Source: a virus (lineage: Duplodnaviria > Caudoviricetes). Taken from it: 64,000 bases of DNA. Position numbers and translations under genes: made by a program. Shown here in pieces: positions 20,940-30,229 of this stretch (position 1 is the stretch's first letter; every line of letters begins with the position of its first letter). The stretch lies in IMG/VR virus record IMGVR_UViG_3300020331_000002; one strand, given 5' to 3'. The notes below the pieces were generated by a model. It worked only from the letters and a program-made list of their open reading frames with translations, made no database searches and was not told where the DNA came from.

Positions 20940-22967
20940 TTATTCGTCTACACTCACGTACCAACTAGCAGGCCTTACAAGATTCAATGTTTGTGTGAAA
21001 TTACCTTCATCAAATACATGTGTTACTTCTAAAACTCGATATACATTAGTCATGGCCGGGTCGGGTTTTGTGCCCGGTTTATTCTCGTATGCCAAGTCCT
21101 TTTTCATATTATTAACTTGTAGATAAATGTACTGATCGTACGGCAAATTAAAACTAAGCCAATCAGGATCGCCTTGTATTTTAATCTCACCTGTTGCTGC
21201 GACATCAAAGTCTTCAAACAACTCACGAACAATACTTTCGCTTTCAATTATTACGCCGTCGCGGGTGTCTCCTATTACCCCGTGCGACTTTTCTTTCTGG
21301 TCAGCTATATCATATACATACGACGGCACTGTGTTGAAAAACTCCGCGTCGCTACTGTGAGAAGGGGTTGATTTAGTTGTTACCAAATTAGCAGAAGGCG
21401 CAGTGTCTGATTCAGCTGTGGTCCTTACGTCATTTGTCTGTGCCTTTTTGCCAGGCGCGTTAACCGAGTTCATAAATTTACTAAGGTTATCCGGGCGCAG
21501 AGCTCTATGCCATGTGAAGTCAATCTCAACGTCAAAGTCAATTACTGATTGGTTTTTACCAGTAAAAATATAGTTGTATTGTTTATAAAGATATACACCG
21601 TATTGGGTGTATTCGTTACTAAGCAGAGACTCTTTCTTAAAACGTGCCGGGCCAGTAACATCGACTCGTGCTTTTCTACGCTTGCGCACAATATAATAAT
21701 AGTCGTAAATGTTCCTATTAGCGTCTTCTGAATACGACACTGGACGCACATCAGTCTCAATAGTGTAGTAATCAACACTAGATAAGTTCCCTGACTTTTC
21801 CTTTTTAGGTCGATCCACTACCGCGTAGTGCAGGCGAGTATGCTTCATTAAACTACGAATAACAGTAACAATATCAGTCTTGGAATTAACTTTAAGGTCT
21901 TCTATATTGAAAGCTTTATTTTCAGTAGACTTGGAGTTAATTGCGAATTCCAATTCTTGGTCGTTAAACCCTTCAAATATTACGACTGATTTCTCGCGCA
22001 ACGAACTCATAATAATATTGTATTTTAGTTCGCCGTCTGATTCATCAAGCACACGCTGGGCTTGGTGCTTAGCAGTTTGACCTATCTTTTTAAACAGTTC
22101 GCCTTCTTCATAGTTTCCGTTACTGCCAGTGGCACCTAAAACATCCTTGATAGATTTCATTTTCTTTAGTTCTTGGGACGTTATAGTAACTTCATAATCT
22201 AGATCTACTGCGGTTTTTTGCAGTGCGAGCGAGTTAAGACCGACAAGCTCTACTTCGTATTGCGAGCCGTTAGAGTCCATCTTAGTACGGACCCTAACTA
22301 CTTTAAATCGTATTGTTTGTTTGGATATTTGATCAGTACCGAACTTCACAACTTCAGGCGCGTTGGTTGTAGAACGTCCTGTGAACCAGATATTAAGATA
22401 CGTAGGCACTGATATAGGACTGGAGCCTAAATCCAGCGTCTTAATACCCTCTATGATTTTTTCAGGCAGGGTGCACCCGTTGGGCTCAGTAATAGTCATC
22501 CGCGCTTTTACAGAGGGCATGCTACTTTCAGAACCAGTAGATGTATGAATCGTAACTAACTCGAACTTAGAAATGATCAGTTCGCTGGCGCCGGTTTTAG
22601 CAAGTACGTATTTAGAGTCGTCAGGTAGGTTCCCTACCGTTGTGAGGTCATCAATAACAGAGTACCGATCCATACGTAGATCACCCGCAGCGTCCAAGTC
22701 CAATTTAGCCATGAACCATTCAAGGTTATACATATTTGTGTGGTATTTGTAAAGCGGATTGCCGTCGTCTAGTACTTCGCTACTTTGTTCCCTGTCTGTT
22801 TGAGTGATATCATCATCAAGAGGTACGTTTTGTCGGCCGCCTGAGTTCTCGAAAGCAGTAACTTCTTGACGTCTATTACTTTCATCAACAAGCGGTGAAA
22901 AGTCATTCCCCGTTTCTGTCACAGTGAACGGATTAAACGGATTCGGTTCTACTTTATTATTGCTCAT
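20940..22967 (-). CDS. Baseplate hub / tail protein (gp27-like position)
   Basis: 675 aa upstream of gp5; NPL.KY.T.MYNL at N-term, KIQGDPDW...Y.VLEVTHVFDEG.FTQ.L.L.R at C-term typical of hub proteins. Confidence 0.6.
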   Translation of the reverse strand: MSNNKVEPNPFNPFTVTETGNDFSPLVDESNRRQEVTAFENSGGRQNVPLDDDITQTDREQSSEVLDDGNPLYKYHTNMYNLEWFMAKLDLDAAGDLRMDRYSVIDDLTTVGNLPDDSKYVLAKTGASELIISKFELVTIHTSTGSESSMPSVKARMTITEPNGCTLPEKIIEGIKTLDLGSSPISVPTYLNIWFTGRSTTNAPEVVKFGTDQISKQTIRFKVVRVRTKMDSNGSQYEVELVGLNSLALQKTAVDLDYEVTITSQELKKMKSIKDVLGATGSNGNYEEGELFKKIGQTAKHQAQRVLDESDGELKYNIIMSSLREKSVVIFEGFNDQELEFAINSKSTENKAFNIEDLKVNSKTDIVTVIRSLMKHTRLHYAVVDRPKKEKSGNLSSVDYYTIETDVRPVSYSEDANRNIYDYYYIVRKRRKARVDVTGPARFKKESLLSNEYTQYGVYLYKQYNYIFTGKNQSVIDFDVEIDFTWHRALRPDNLSKFMNSVNAPGKKAQTNDVRTTAESDTAPSANLVTTKSTPSHSSDAEFFNTVPSYVYDIADQKEKSHGVIGDTRDGVIIESESIVRELFEDFDVAATGEIKIQGDPDWLSFNLPYDQYIYLQVNNMKKDLAYENKPGTKPDPAMTNVYRVLEVTHVFDEGNFTQTLNLVRPASWYVSVDE

Positions 22968-23236
22968 ATTTGAATGTTGTCTCTGTTTGGAACTTTTATG
23001 CTTAGGCCAGCCACGAAGTCGTGTATAGGGTCTTCTAGCAAGTCCTTGTTATGTTGCCAAAAAACCCAGAATAGTCGCTCGTCACCATACAATTCACTAG
23101 CCAGTAAATCAGGGCGTTGGTGATGCGCATTAGAAATGACTATCGTTCTGTCATCACGGGATTTAGCTATACTAACCGGCTGCCACAAATCGCGATAGAA
23201 ATCGCGAAGGGGAGTGTTTTTATAAGGGTTACTCAT
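22964..23236 (-). CDS. gp53: Baseplate wedge gp53-like (LysM-like) protein
   Basis: RPDLLA.ELYGD.RLFWVF...N...L.DPI.DF.AG..I.VP motif. Confidence 0.8.
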   Translation of the reverse strand: MSNPYKNTPLRDFYRDLWQPVSIAKSRDDRTIVISNAHHQRPDLLASELYGDERLFWVFWQHNKDLLEDPIHDFVAGLSIKVPNRDNIQI

Positions 23237-23847
23237 TAGTAGAATCCTTTAATTGCGTTTTGTCCAGTTGCGTATTGTTCTATATCAAAATCAGTGAGTG
23301 ATTCGTTTGCAGGGTACACCGGAGACAGGGTAATGTTTATGGTGGCTTTTACTTGTACTCGACCGTACTCGGTATCCACATAATCAGAATCCTGGTTGTT
23401 AATCGGCACGACAAAGTTCTTCATAACTACCGGTACTTTATTGTAGATGAAGTCGCCGTTAGAGCTAAACTCTAATATCGGCGGCGGGGCGCCTGCGCCT
23501 TGACTTTTACCTATAAAACCTTTAGTCACTGTTCTACAAAACTGGATCGCGCCTATAAAATAATGCGCTTTGTGCTTGGTGTTGTTTACGAACGGTAGCA
23601 CCACTGAAATGTCGTTTACTGCACTACGTTTCCAAGAATATATGTTATGATTGGTATGAACCAAGTCGTTGCTGGTGTAGTCAGCCTGAGCACTGATGTT
23701 TATCTCAGGCGGTAGCAAAAACGCGATGCCGTTCCTTGATTGATCAGGGTTGGCTTCGTTTCTGGACGACAGGAAGCTCATGGGTTCTTTCCCAAACCAC
23801 TCCCCGTATGCGTCGTTTTTTATAAATAGTCCACCTTTGCCGATCAC
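23236..23847 (-). CDS. Tail tube initiator / baseplate-tube junction, gp48/gp54-like
   Basis: P.I...A.ADY....LVHTN..IY, GAPPPIL.FS..GD.....VPVV...F.V...D.DY; late motif at 23868-23874 (minus); GTG start. Confidence 0.7.
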   Translation of the reverse strand: MIGKGGLFIKNDAYGEWFGKEPMSFLSSRNEANPDQSRNGIAFLLPPEINISAQADYTSNDLVHTNHNIYSWKRSAVNDISVVLPFVNNTKHKAHYFIGAIQFCRTVTKGFIGKSQGAGAPPPILEFSSNGDFIYNKVPVVMKNFVVPINNQDSDYVDTEYGRVQVKATINITLSPVYPANESLTDFDIEQYATGQNAIKGFY

Positions 23848-23885
23848 GTTAATACTCCATTTTCTAATATTTAGCTATCAAAAAG

Positions 23886-23915
23886 TTGCATTCTGTTTGG
23901 GATCTATGCTATAAT
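23886..23915 (+). promoter_or_regulatory. Sigma70-type promoter for the gp55-47-46 operon
   Basis: TTGCAT-N18-TATAAT with extended TGn. Confidence 0.65.
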
Positions 23916-23980
23916 GTAGAAGATATCTTCCCGTGCACAGATGCGGAATAAAAACAATAATAATAAAAATCGAGGATATA

Positions 23981-24781
23981 ATGTCAAACACCGATAATTC
24001 GCACTACCTGAAAAACCGCGAAATGACAGCGGAAATCAACAAGTGCAAATACACCTATTGTCATTTCATTTCACCAGAATACCAGAGATACGAAGGAATT
24101 CTCGAGGGTTCGTATAAGGACATTTTCTCTAAAGCCGTAGACGATGATGGGGTTGAGTTTCAGCCACATATTGTAAAAGCTGTTAAACGGTACGCTAAAA
24201 ACAAGCGCAACGAAACAGGCCAAGTAATGGCTGTTGAAGATGTAGACTTAAGCGATGTTGTTTTCAGAGTAATGACTGATGAGCACATACCTACCGACGA
24301 GACAGGCGAGCCTATAAAACTTAACTTCCCTGCTTTCAAGCATTACATTGTAACTGACTTAGAAAAGGAAGAGGTTAAAGAAGTGGGTAAGAGCCACCAC
24401 TCAGACGAAAATACGTTTTCGATGACACACGGTAAAACTTCCAATAAACTGGGAGAGATTTACCTACTTATGGTTAATCGCTATGGAGGCCGCTATAACT
24501 GGCGCGGGTACTCTTATCTCGATGATATGAAAGGCCAGGCACTTACTCAATTAGCAAAAGTTGGTTTGATGTTCAACGAAGCTAAGGGCACAGATCATCC
24601 AAACCCGTTTGCTTATTACACTACTATTATTAAACGTTGTTTTAGCAAAGTAATAAAAGACGAGAAACGAGTGAGTGAGATTCGCGACAGCTTGTTAATG
24701 GACGCAGATCGTGATCCTAGCAACGCTAAGCAACTTGAGCTTGAATCAGCTTACCGTAACCGCTACAGTGAGGACGACTAA
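23981..24781 (+). CDS. gp55: Late transcription sigma factor, T4 gp55-like
   Basis: YL.NREM.AEI.KCK..YC; NWRGYSYLDDMKGQAL.QL...GL.FNE.K...NPFAYYTTII..CF; upstream of gp47/gp46 as in T4; ATG 23981 has GAGG SD (track start is upstream). Confidence 0.8.
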   Translation: MSNTDNSHYLKNREMTAEINKCKYTYCHFISPEYQRYEGILEGSYKDIFSKAVDDDGVEFQPHIVKAVKRYAKNKRNETGQVMAVEDVDLSDVVFRVMTDEHIPTDETGEPIKLNFPAFKHYIVTDLEKEEVKEVGKSHHSDENTFSMTHGKTSNKLGEIYLLMVNRYGGRYNWRGYSYLDDMKGQALTQLAKVGLMFNEAKGTDHPNPFAYYTTIIKRCFSKVIKDEKRVSEIRDSLLMDADRDPSNAKQLELESAYRNRYSEDD

Positions 24782-25803
24782 TGGATTTTCAGCAGTTCGA
24801 AAGATCTATTATTTTTACCGATATTCACTTCGGTTTACGCAACAACTCGGCTACACACAACCAAGATTGTCTTGATTTCATAGATGCGATGATCGCGCAC
24901 GCGCATGCCAACGATTGCGAAACTGCCATTTTTATGGGTGACTGGCACCACAGCCGTAACCAAATAAACGTGAGCACACTCAATTACACACACCGTGCTC
25001 TGGGCAAATTAAGTCAGAATTTCAAGCAAGTATTTTTCATAGTCGGTAACCACGATTTATTTTACCGTGACAAACGTGATATTCACTCAATTCCTATGAG
25101 TGAGTTGTACCCTAATATCATGCCGATTACTGAAATTACCACAGTAGGTAACGCTACTTTTGTGCCTTGGTTAGTCGGTGACGAATGGAAGAAAGTGAAG
25201 AAGATCAAGTCAAAATATATCTTCGGCCACTTTGAAATACCGGGTTTTAAAATGAACAATATTGTTGAAGTTCCTGACCATGGTGAAATTAGTTCGTCCC
25301 ACTTTAAGTACTCTGACTGGGTGTTTTCAGGACACTTACACAAGCGCCAAATCAACGGCAACATTATCTATACCGGTAATTGTTTCCCGCATGACTACGG
25401 CGACTCTGGCGACACTGACAGAGGTTGGTGCACCTTAGCCGACGGTGAAAAACCAGAGTTACACAACTGGGTGGGTTGTCCAAGATTCATCCGTTGTAAT
25501 CTTAGTGAAATCGCAGCGGATCCTGACAAGTTCCTTATTCCAAAAGCGTACATAAAGGCAGTAACTGATGTTGATCTAAGTTACGAGGAAGTTGCGCATA
25601 TGAAAGAAACGTTCCAGAACAGCTTTAATATCCGCGAGTTCAGACTGGTAGCGCCTAGTGAATCAGTTGACGGTGATTCAGAGCTTACACAAGAAGAAGA
25701 ATCCCAAAGTGTTGACGAGATTGTAACAAAACAAATCGAAGACCTTGAGTCTGATTCTTTTGATAAGAAACTACTTTTAGACATTTACAACGAGCTGGGT
25801 TAA
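24781..25803 (+). CDS. gp47: Recombination endonuclease subunit (Mre11/SbcD-like)
   Basis: Metallophosphoesterase motifs FTDIHFG, GDWHH, GNHD, GHFE, SGHLH. Confidence 0.92.
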   Translation: MDFQQFERSIIFTDIHFGLRNNSATHNQDCLDFIDAMIAHAHANDCETAIFMGDWHHSRNQINVSTLNYTHRALGKLSQNFKQVFFIVGNHDLFYRDKRDIHSIPMSELYPNIMPITEITTVGNATFVPWLVGDEWKKVKKIKSKYIFGHFEIPGFKMNNIVEVPDHGEISSSHFKYSDWVFSGHLHKRQINGNIIYTGNCFPHDYGDSGDTDRGWCTLADGEKPELHNWVGCPRFIRCNLSEIAADPDKFLIPKAYIKAVTDVDLSYEEVAHMKETFQNSFNIREFRLVAPSESVDGDSELTQEEESQSVDEIVTKQIEDLESDSFDKKLLLDIYNELG

Positions 25804-25821
25804 CCAGCTCTAGGAGTTACT

Positions 25822-26028
25822 ATGAGTTGCACACATGAAAGGCAAGTTGACCCCGTATGGGTTACGGAAACATGTAGTTGGACAGGCGAAGAAGTTAGTC
25901 ACTGGGAGTACCAAGAACCAGTTTCAACCTTTGTTGATGTATCCACCCATTCATATAAATGCACACAATGCGGCGAAGTGTTTTATTACTCACAACGTGG
26001 GAAACAAATAGAAGAAGGCAAGCTTTAA
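25822..26028 (+). CDS. Small hypothetical protein with CxxC (KCTQCG)
   Basis: SD AGGAG; TAATG coupling to gp46. Confidence 0.7.
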   Translation: MSCTHERQVDPVWVTETCSWTGEEVSHWEYQEPVSTFVDVSTHSYKCTQCGEVFYYSQRGKQIEEGKL

Positions 26029-27818
26029 TGTCATTGAACATTGAATATCTAACTATCAAAAACTTTATGTCGATTGGTAATGTAACCCAGTCTGTACAAT
26101 TTAAAAATGGTGAATTGTATCTTGTACTAGGCGAAAACCTTGACTTAGGCGGCAATGACAACCGTAACGGCGTAGGTAAGACAACTATTGTAAACGCCCT
26201 TTGTTATGTGCTATATGGCAAGCCGCTAAGCGGAAATATCAAGCTCAATAACTTGATAAACAAAACAAACGGCAAGGGCATGATGTGCGGTGTGTCGTTT
26301 ACTAAAGATGGCAAGCGCTATAAAATAGAGCGCGGTCGTGGTCCTGCTGTGTTTAAGCTTTATATCGACGATAAAGAAGTAGAAGACACTGACGAAGACG
26401 ATAACCAAGCACGTGGTGAAAGTAAAAATACCCAGGCTCAAATTACCAAAATCCTCGGTATGCAATACGAAATGTTTCGTAATATTGTTACTATGACAAC
26501 GCACACCGATCCGTTCTTAAAGATGCGTCCAATCGAACAGCGCGAAATTATTGAAGAACTACTAGGTGTGACAGTACTGTCAGAAAAAGCCTCGTTACTT
26601 GCTGACATGAAGCGCAAAACTAAAGAACTAATTCGAGATGAAGAGGTTCAGATTAACGCTGTCAAGAAGTCTAACGAAACTTTCCAAAGCAACATTAAGT
26701 CACTACAAACTCGCAGCGTTGCATGGGAACGGTCCAAACAAAACAATATCAATAATTACGCAAGTGAATTAGAAAAGCTTGATAATCTTGATATTGACAT
26801 CGAGCTAGAGGGTCATAAAACACACGCAGAAGCTCGCGAACACGCGTCAAAAGTAACTTCTGTTACAAACGATTTAAGATATACAGAGGGTCAGATTAAA
26901 CGACACGACACTGCTATTAAGAAAGCGGAAAAGCAGTTAGCAGGACTAGATCATTCTGAAGAGTGCCCTACGTGTAACCAAACAATTGGCGCTGACATCA
27001 GGGATCGTTTACGCGATGAAGCTAATCAAACAATTGAAAAGCATGCAGCCGAGATCACTACATTAAGTGAAACTTATGAAAAACAAGTTGCTGAGCTTAA
27101 CAAGTTAAATGAAAAGCAATTCATCAAATACGATCTTGAATACAGCTCGTACGAAGAGGCGCTCGAGCACAAGAGCAAGATTACAGCGCTAGCCGACAAG
27201 CTCGAAGATGTAATTAGCTCAGAAAACCCGTACACTGATCAGATACAGCAACTCCAAAACGAGGGTATCCAAGAAATAAACTACGATACTCTTAATGAGT
27301 TAACTAAGCGATTAGATCACGAAGAGTACTTGTTTAAGCTGATGAACAACAAAGACTCGTTTATTCGTAAAAAGGTTATAAATCAGAACCTGGCGTTCCT
27401 TAACTCGCGTCTTAAGTCATATTTGGATCAACTATCTTTACCACACCAAGTTGTATTCCAAGCAGATCTGAGCGTCGATATACAAGAACACGGACGTGAC
27501 TTAGACTTCGATAACCTTAGCAGGGGTGAACGAACACGTTTAAGTCTAGGGCTTTCTTGGGCTTTCCGTGATGTTTTTGAACATATGAACACGTCAGTAA
27601 ACGTCATGATGATCGACGAACTATTGGATAATGGGCTAGACGTTAACGGTGTTGAGTGTGCACTTCGCACTCTTAAAAACCATGTTCGTAACTCTAATAA
27701 GTGCGTACACCTTGTATCGCACAGGGATGAGCTTGTAGGGCGTGTTAACAACACCATTAAGGTAATTAAAGAAAACGGCTTTACCACAATAGAAGACGAA
27801 AGCACCACTGACGCTTAA
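26028..27818 (+). CDS. gp46: Recombination endonuclease ATPase subunit (Rad50/SbcC-like)
   Basis: Walker A NGVGKTT, zinc hook CPTC, signature LSRGE, Walker B MIDE, H-loop VSHRD; start ATG 26028. Confidence 0.93.
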   Translation: MSLNIEYLTIKNFMSIGNVTQSVQFKNGELYLVLGENLDLGGNDNRNGVGKTTIVNALCYVLYGKPLSGNIKLNNLINKTNGKGMMCGVSFTKDGKRYKIERGRGPAVFKLYIDDKEVEDTDEDDNQARGESKNTQAQITKILGMQYEMFRNIVTMTTHTDPFLKMRPIEQREIIEELLGVTVLSEKASLLADMKRKTKELIRDEEVQINAVKKSNETFQSNIKSLQTRSVAWERSKQNNINNYASELEKLDNLDIDIELEGHKTHAEAREHASKVTSVTNDLRYTEGQIKRHDTAIKKAEKQLAGLDHSEECPTCNQTIGADIRDRLRDEANQTIEKHAAEITTLSETYEKQVAELNKLNEKQFIKYDLEYSSYEEALEHKSKITALADKLEDVISSENPYTDQIQQLQNEGIQEINYDTLNELTKRLDHEEYLFKLMNNKDSFIRKKVINQNLAFLNSRLKSYLDQLSLPHQVVFQADLSVDIQEHGRDLDFDNLSRGERTRLSLGLSWAFRDVFEHMNTSVNVMMIDELLDNGLDVNGVECALRTLKNHVRNSNKCVHLVSHRDELVGRVNNTIKVIKENGFTTIEDESTTDA

Positions 27819-27833
27819 ATCTTATTTCTTGTT

Positions 27834-27859
27834 AAAAAGGCAGCTACGGCTGCCTTTTT
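27834..27859 (+). terminator. Intrinsic terminator
   Basis: AAAAAGGCAGC-TACG-GCTGCCTTTTT (cUACGg loop). Confidence 0.9.
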
Positions 27860-27906
27860 CATGTATACTAAATACCATACAAAGTATGCTTTTTTAGGTG
27901 ACATAA

Positions 27907-28734
27907 ATGAAAATAAATGAAATCACTGAAGGTTATAGTTACCTTCCGAATATTGACAGAGAGCGCTACCAAGAGCGCGATGGTCTTGAAGGACCTATAA
28001 TGACTCGCAGCGGTAAGGTTGTATATTACGATCCTAAAGCCGGACAACACTATGATCCAGATACCGACATTTATTTGACGTACGACGAATTTAACGCATT
28101 AGATAATGCTACCGGGCCCAAAGCAGAAAGCATCGGTGCGCCTCAGCGTGAGCCAGAACCAATCGAGGACTGGGAAGAGGATCTAATTGACCCAGCTACC
28201 GGTGAATATTACGACGATTTGGACGAAAGCGACAGTGCCGAAGATCTGTTAAAAGACAAAAAGTGGGCTGACGAGCGTTATATAAAACGTAGCAATGAGT
28301 GGTTGGCGCACGCTAAAGAAAACTACAGCCCGGTTTCAATAGCATATATTAAATGGGTAATAGCTAACGGCCATTTGGTTCCTAATTCCGAGTCTGTGTT
28401 TTTAAGCTGGACACGGGCAATGAAAGTTCCTAAGTCTAGCGCAAGCCAAGTATGGGGTGAAGTTTTTAAAACTAAAATGAGTCCCGTATTGCTTTCCAAG
28501 CTAAGTGAGTCTATCAATGAAACTATCGATGCCGAGGGAGAAATCGTAGAGCTTTACGCCAAGTTAAAGGACTGGCGTGCATCTGCGCTAGCCGGGTATG
28601 CCCGAAAAGTAGGGGTTCCGGACGACGTAGTTGACCCGATCAAGCGCGACGAAGAGGATCTTCTAGACGAAATCATGGGGCATTTATTCGGCGATGACTG
28701 GATGATAGTCCTTATGAATAAAGGGTTAGTGTAG
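27907..28734 (+). CDS. Hypothetical late protein, possible internal head protein
   Basis: CTAAATA at 27868-27874; N-term MKINEITE; GLEGP..TRSGKVVYYDPKAG.HYDPDTD.YL domain. Confidence 0.7.
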   Translation: MKINEITEGYSYLPNIDRERYQERDGLEGPIMTRSGKVVYYDPKAGQHYDPDTDIYLTYDEFNALDNATGPKAESIGAPQREPEPIEDWEEDLIDPATGEYYDDLDESDSAEDLLKDKKWADERYIKRSNEWLAHAKENYSPVSIAYIKWVIANGHLVPNSESVFLSWTRAMKVPKSSASQVWGEVFKTKMSPVLLSKLSESINETIDAEGEIVELYAKLKDWRASALAGYARKVGVPDDVVDPIKRDEEDLLDEIMGHLFGDDWMIVLMNKGLV

Positions 28735-28746
28735 TTTTTAAAACTT

Positions 28747-28847
28747 TTGAAATTATTTTCAAAAAGGCCTTGTGTTTGAATGTCATTTTGCTATTATAAC
28801 GATGTAGGCAATAATGCAGACAAACAAACACAAGGTAACAAATTATG
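28747..28847 (+). repeat. Promoter-leader-RBS cassette, copy 1 (about 100 bp)
   Basis: Near-identical to 29283..29382; contains TTGTGT-N16-TATTAT (TGn extended -10), leader, AAGGT SD and ATG. Confidence 0.9.
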
Positions 28848-29222
28848 AAAAACGCAATTGTATTAAGAACTAATAAATCTCAATCAATCCTTAGCCGCGG
28901 CGCTTACTTGTTTGATGCGAACGCTAATTTAATGTTGGCCGGTGAAAAACAAGAACTAGACCATACAGTTCGTTTTAACGCTAAACAAATCCAAGCAATA
29001 GCCGACACTGTTGGTGGCGTTGCTGCGATTATTGTAGTTGACGACATTGTAAAATACAGCAAGCCCGGCAGCCCGCTTAAAACAGTTGCTAAAAAACGCA
29101 AATACTTACCTGATGTTGACGGCAAGTTCCGCTTTGTTAAGGCATGGAGCCAAAGCAGCGACGTTAAATTGGTAACATCACGAGTACACGCAAAGCAAAA
29201 ATGCGCTGAAGCCACTGCGTAA
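28845..29222 (+). CDS. Hypothetical early protein (125 aa)
   Basis: Starts at the ATG of cassette copy 1; followed by terminator. Confidence 0.8.
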   Translation: MKNAIVLRTNKSQSILSRGAYLFDANANLMLAGEKQELDHTVRFNAKQIQAIADTVGGVAAIIVVDDIVKYSKPGSPLKTVAKKRKYLPDVDGKFRFVKAWSQSSDVKLVTSRVHAKQKCAEATA

Positions 29223-29245
29223 ATTAACAAAAACTTTTTATAATC

Positions 29246-29267
29246 AAGCGCCTTCGGGCGCTTTTTT
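29246..29267 (+). terminator. Intrinsic terminator
   Basis: AAGCGCC-TTCG-GGCGCTTTTTT. Confidence 0.9.
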
Positions 29268-29282
29268 GTTACCTGAAATAAA

Positions 29283-29382
29283 TTGAAATTATTTTCAAAT
29301 AAGTCTTGTGTTTGAATGTCATTTTGCTATTATAACGATGTAGGCAATAATGCAGACAAACAAAACAAGGTAACAAAATATG
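29283..29382 (+). repeat. Promoter-leader-RBS cassette, copy 2
   Basis: Differs from copy 1 by 4 substitutions and 1 indel by manual alignment. Confidence 0.9.
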
Positions 29383-29613
29383 TCAAAATTACTAAAGAAA
29401 ATTAAAAACGCGCAAGTAGCTGACAATAACGGCGTTGTAGTTGGCACAGTACATAACGTATATGACAACGAAGGTCAAACAGTAATTGTGTACAAGCTAG
29501 TAAATGGCAATGATGACGAAGCCAACTTGAGCTGGTTGCTTTGGAACAATTACTCGTTCACCCGTAACGGTAAAGTACTTGACAATATGAAAATTTTAGC
29601 TGCGTCAGTTTAG
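29380..29613 (+). CDS. Hypothetical early protein (77 aa)
   Basis: Starts at the ATG of cassette copy 2; ends TAG TAA. Confidence 0.8.
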   Translation: MSKLLKKIKNAQVADNNGVVVGTVHNVYDNEGQTVIVYKLVNGNDDEANLSWLLWNNYSFTRNGKVLDNMKILAASV

Positions 29614-29631
29614 TAAATTATCAATTAAAAC

Positions 29632-29653
29632 AAAGCGCCTACGGGCGCTTTTT
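29632..29653 (+). terminator. Intrinsic terminator
   Basis: AAAGCGCC-TACG-GGCGCTTTTT, near-copy of 29246..29267. Confidence 0.9.
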
Positions 29654-29704
29654 CATGCCTGAGTTTCGGTGCTAAATAATAAACACAAACGAGGTTTATT
29701 ACAC

Positions 29705-30220
29705 ATGGCAGTGAACGGAAAACAGAAGGGCAACTCCTTCGAAAGAACTATATCAAATATGCTCAGTGAACGCTTCTGCGAGCACTTAGGACTCGAGCAA
29801 GGGTTTAGACGTAACCCGGACTCAGGAAGCTTCTTTGGGGGTTCTAACAAGTCTAGGGTGGAAACCCACGACACCGACTTCGCTGTTTATGGTGACCTCA
29901 TTTGCCCACGTTCCTTTATTTTCAGCATTGAATGCAAATCCTACAAAACACCACCTACTCTAGATTCCATAGCCAAACAGTCTGTTAAGCAATGGGATAC
30001 CTGGATTAGCCAAGCCGAGCAAGACGCCGAGATGGGCAATAAAGAGACCTTACTCGTCGTAAAATATAATCGTACAGAAATCATGTGCTTCTTGAAAAAG
30101 AGCTTTCATGCTACTTCAGAATGGAAAGAAATTGAAGGATTCGCCAAATACAAGGACTATATATTAATGAGTGTTACAGATTTCTTATCAGTATCTGATG
30201 AGAAATTTTTTAAAGAATAA
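29705..30220 (+). CDS. Holliday-junction resolvase-like PD-(D/E)XK nuclease (T5 D14-like)
   Basis: GKQKGNSFER, FRRNPDSG.F.GG, GDLICP..F.FSIECK; late motif CTAAATA 29672-29678; start ATG 29705. Confidence 0.8.
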   Translation: MAVNGKQKGNSFERTISNMLSERFCEHLGLEQGFRRNPDSGSFFGGSNKSRVETHDTDFAVYGDLICPRSFIFSIECKSYKTPPTLDSIAKQSVKQWDTWISQAEQDAEMGNKETLLVVKYNRTEIMCFLKKSFHATSEWKEIEGFAKYKDYILMSVTDFLSVSDEKFFKE

Positions 30221-30229
30221 ATTTTTAAA

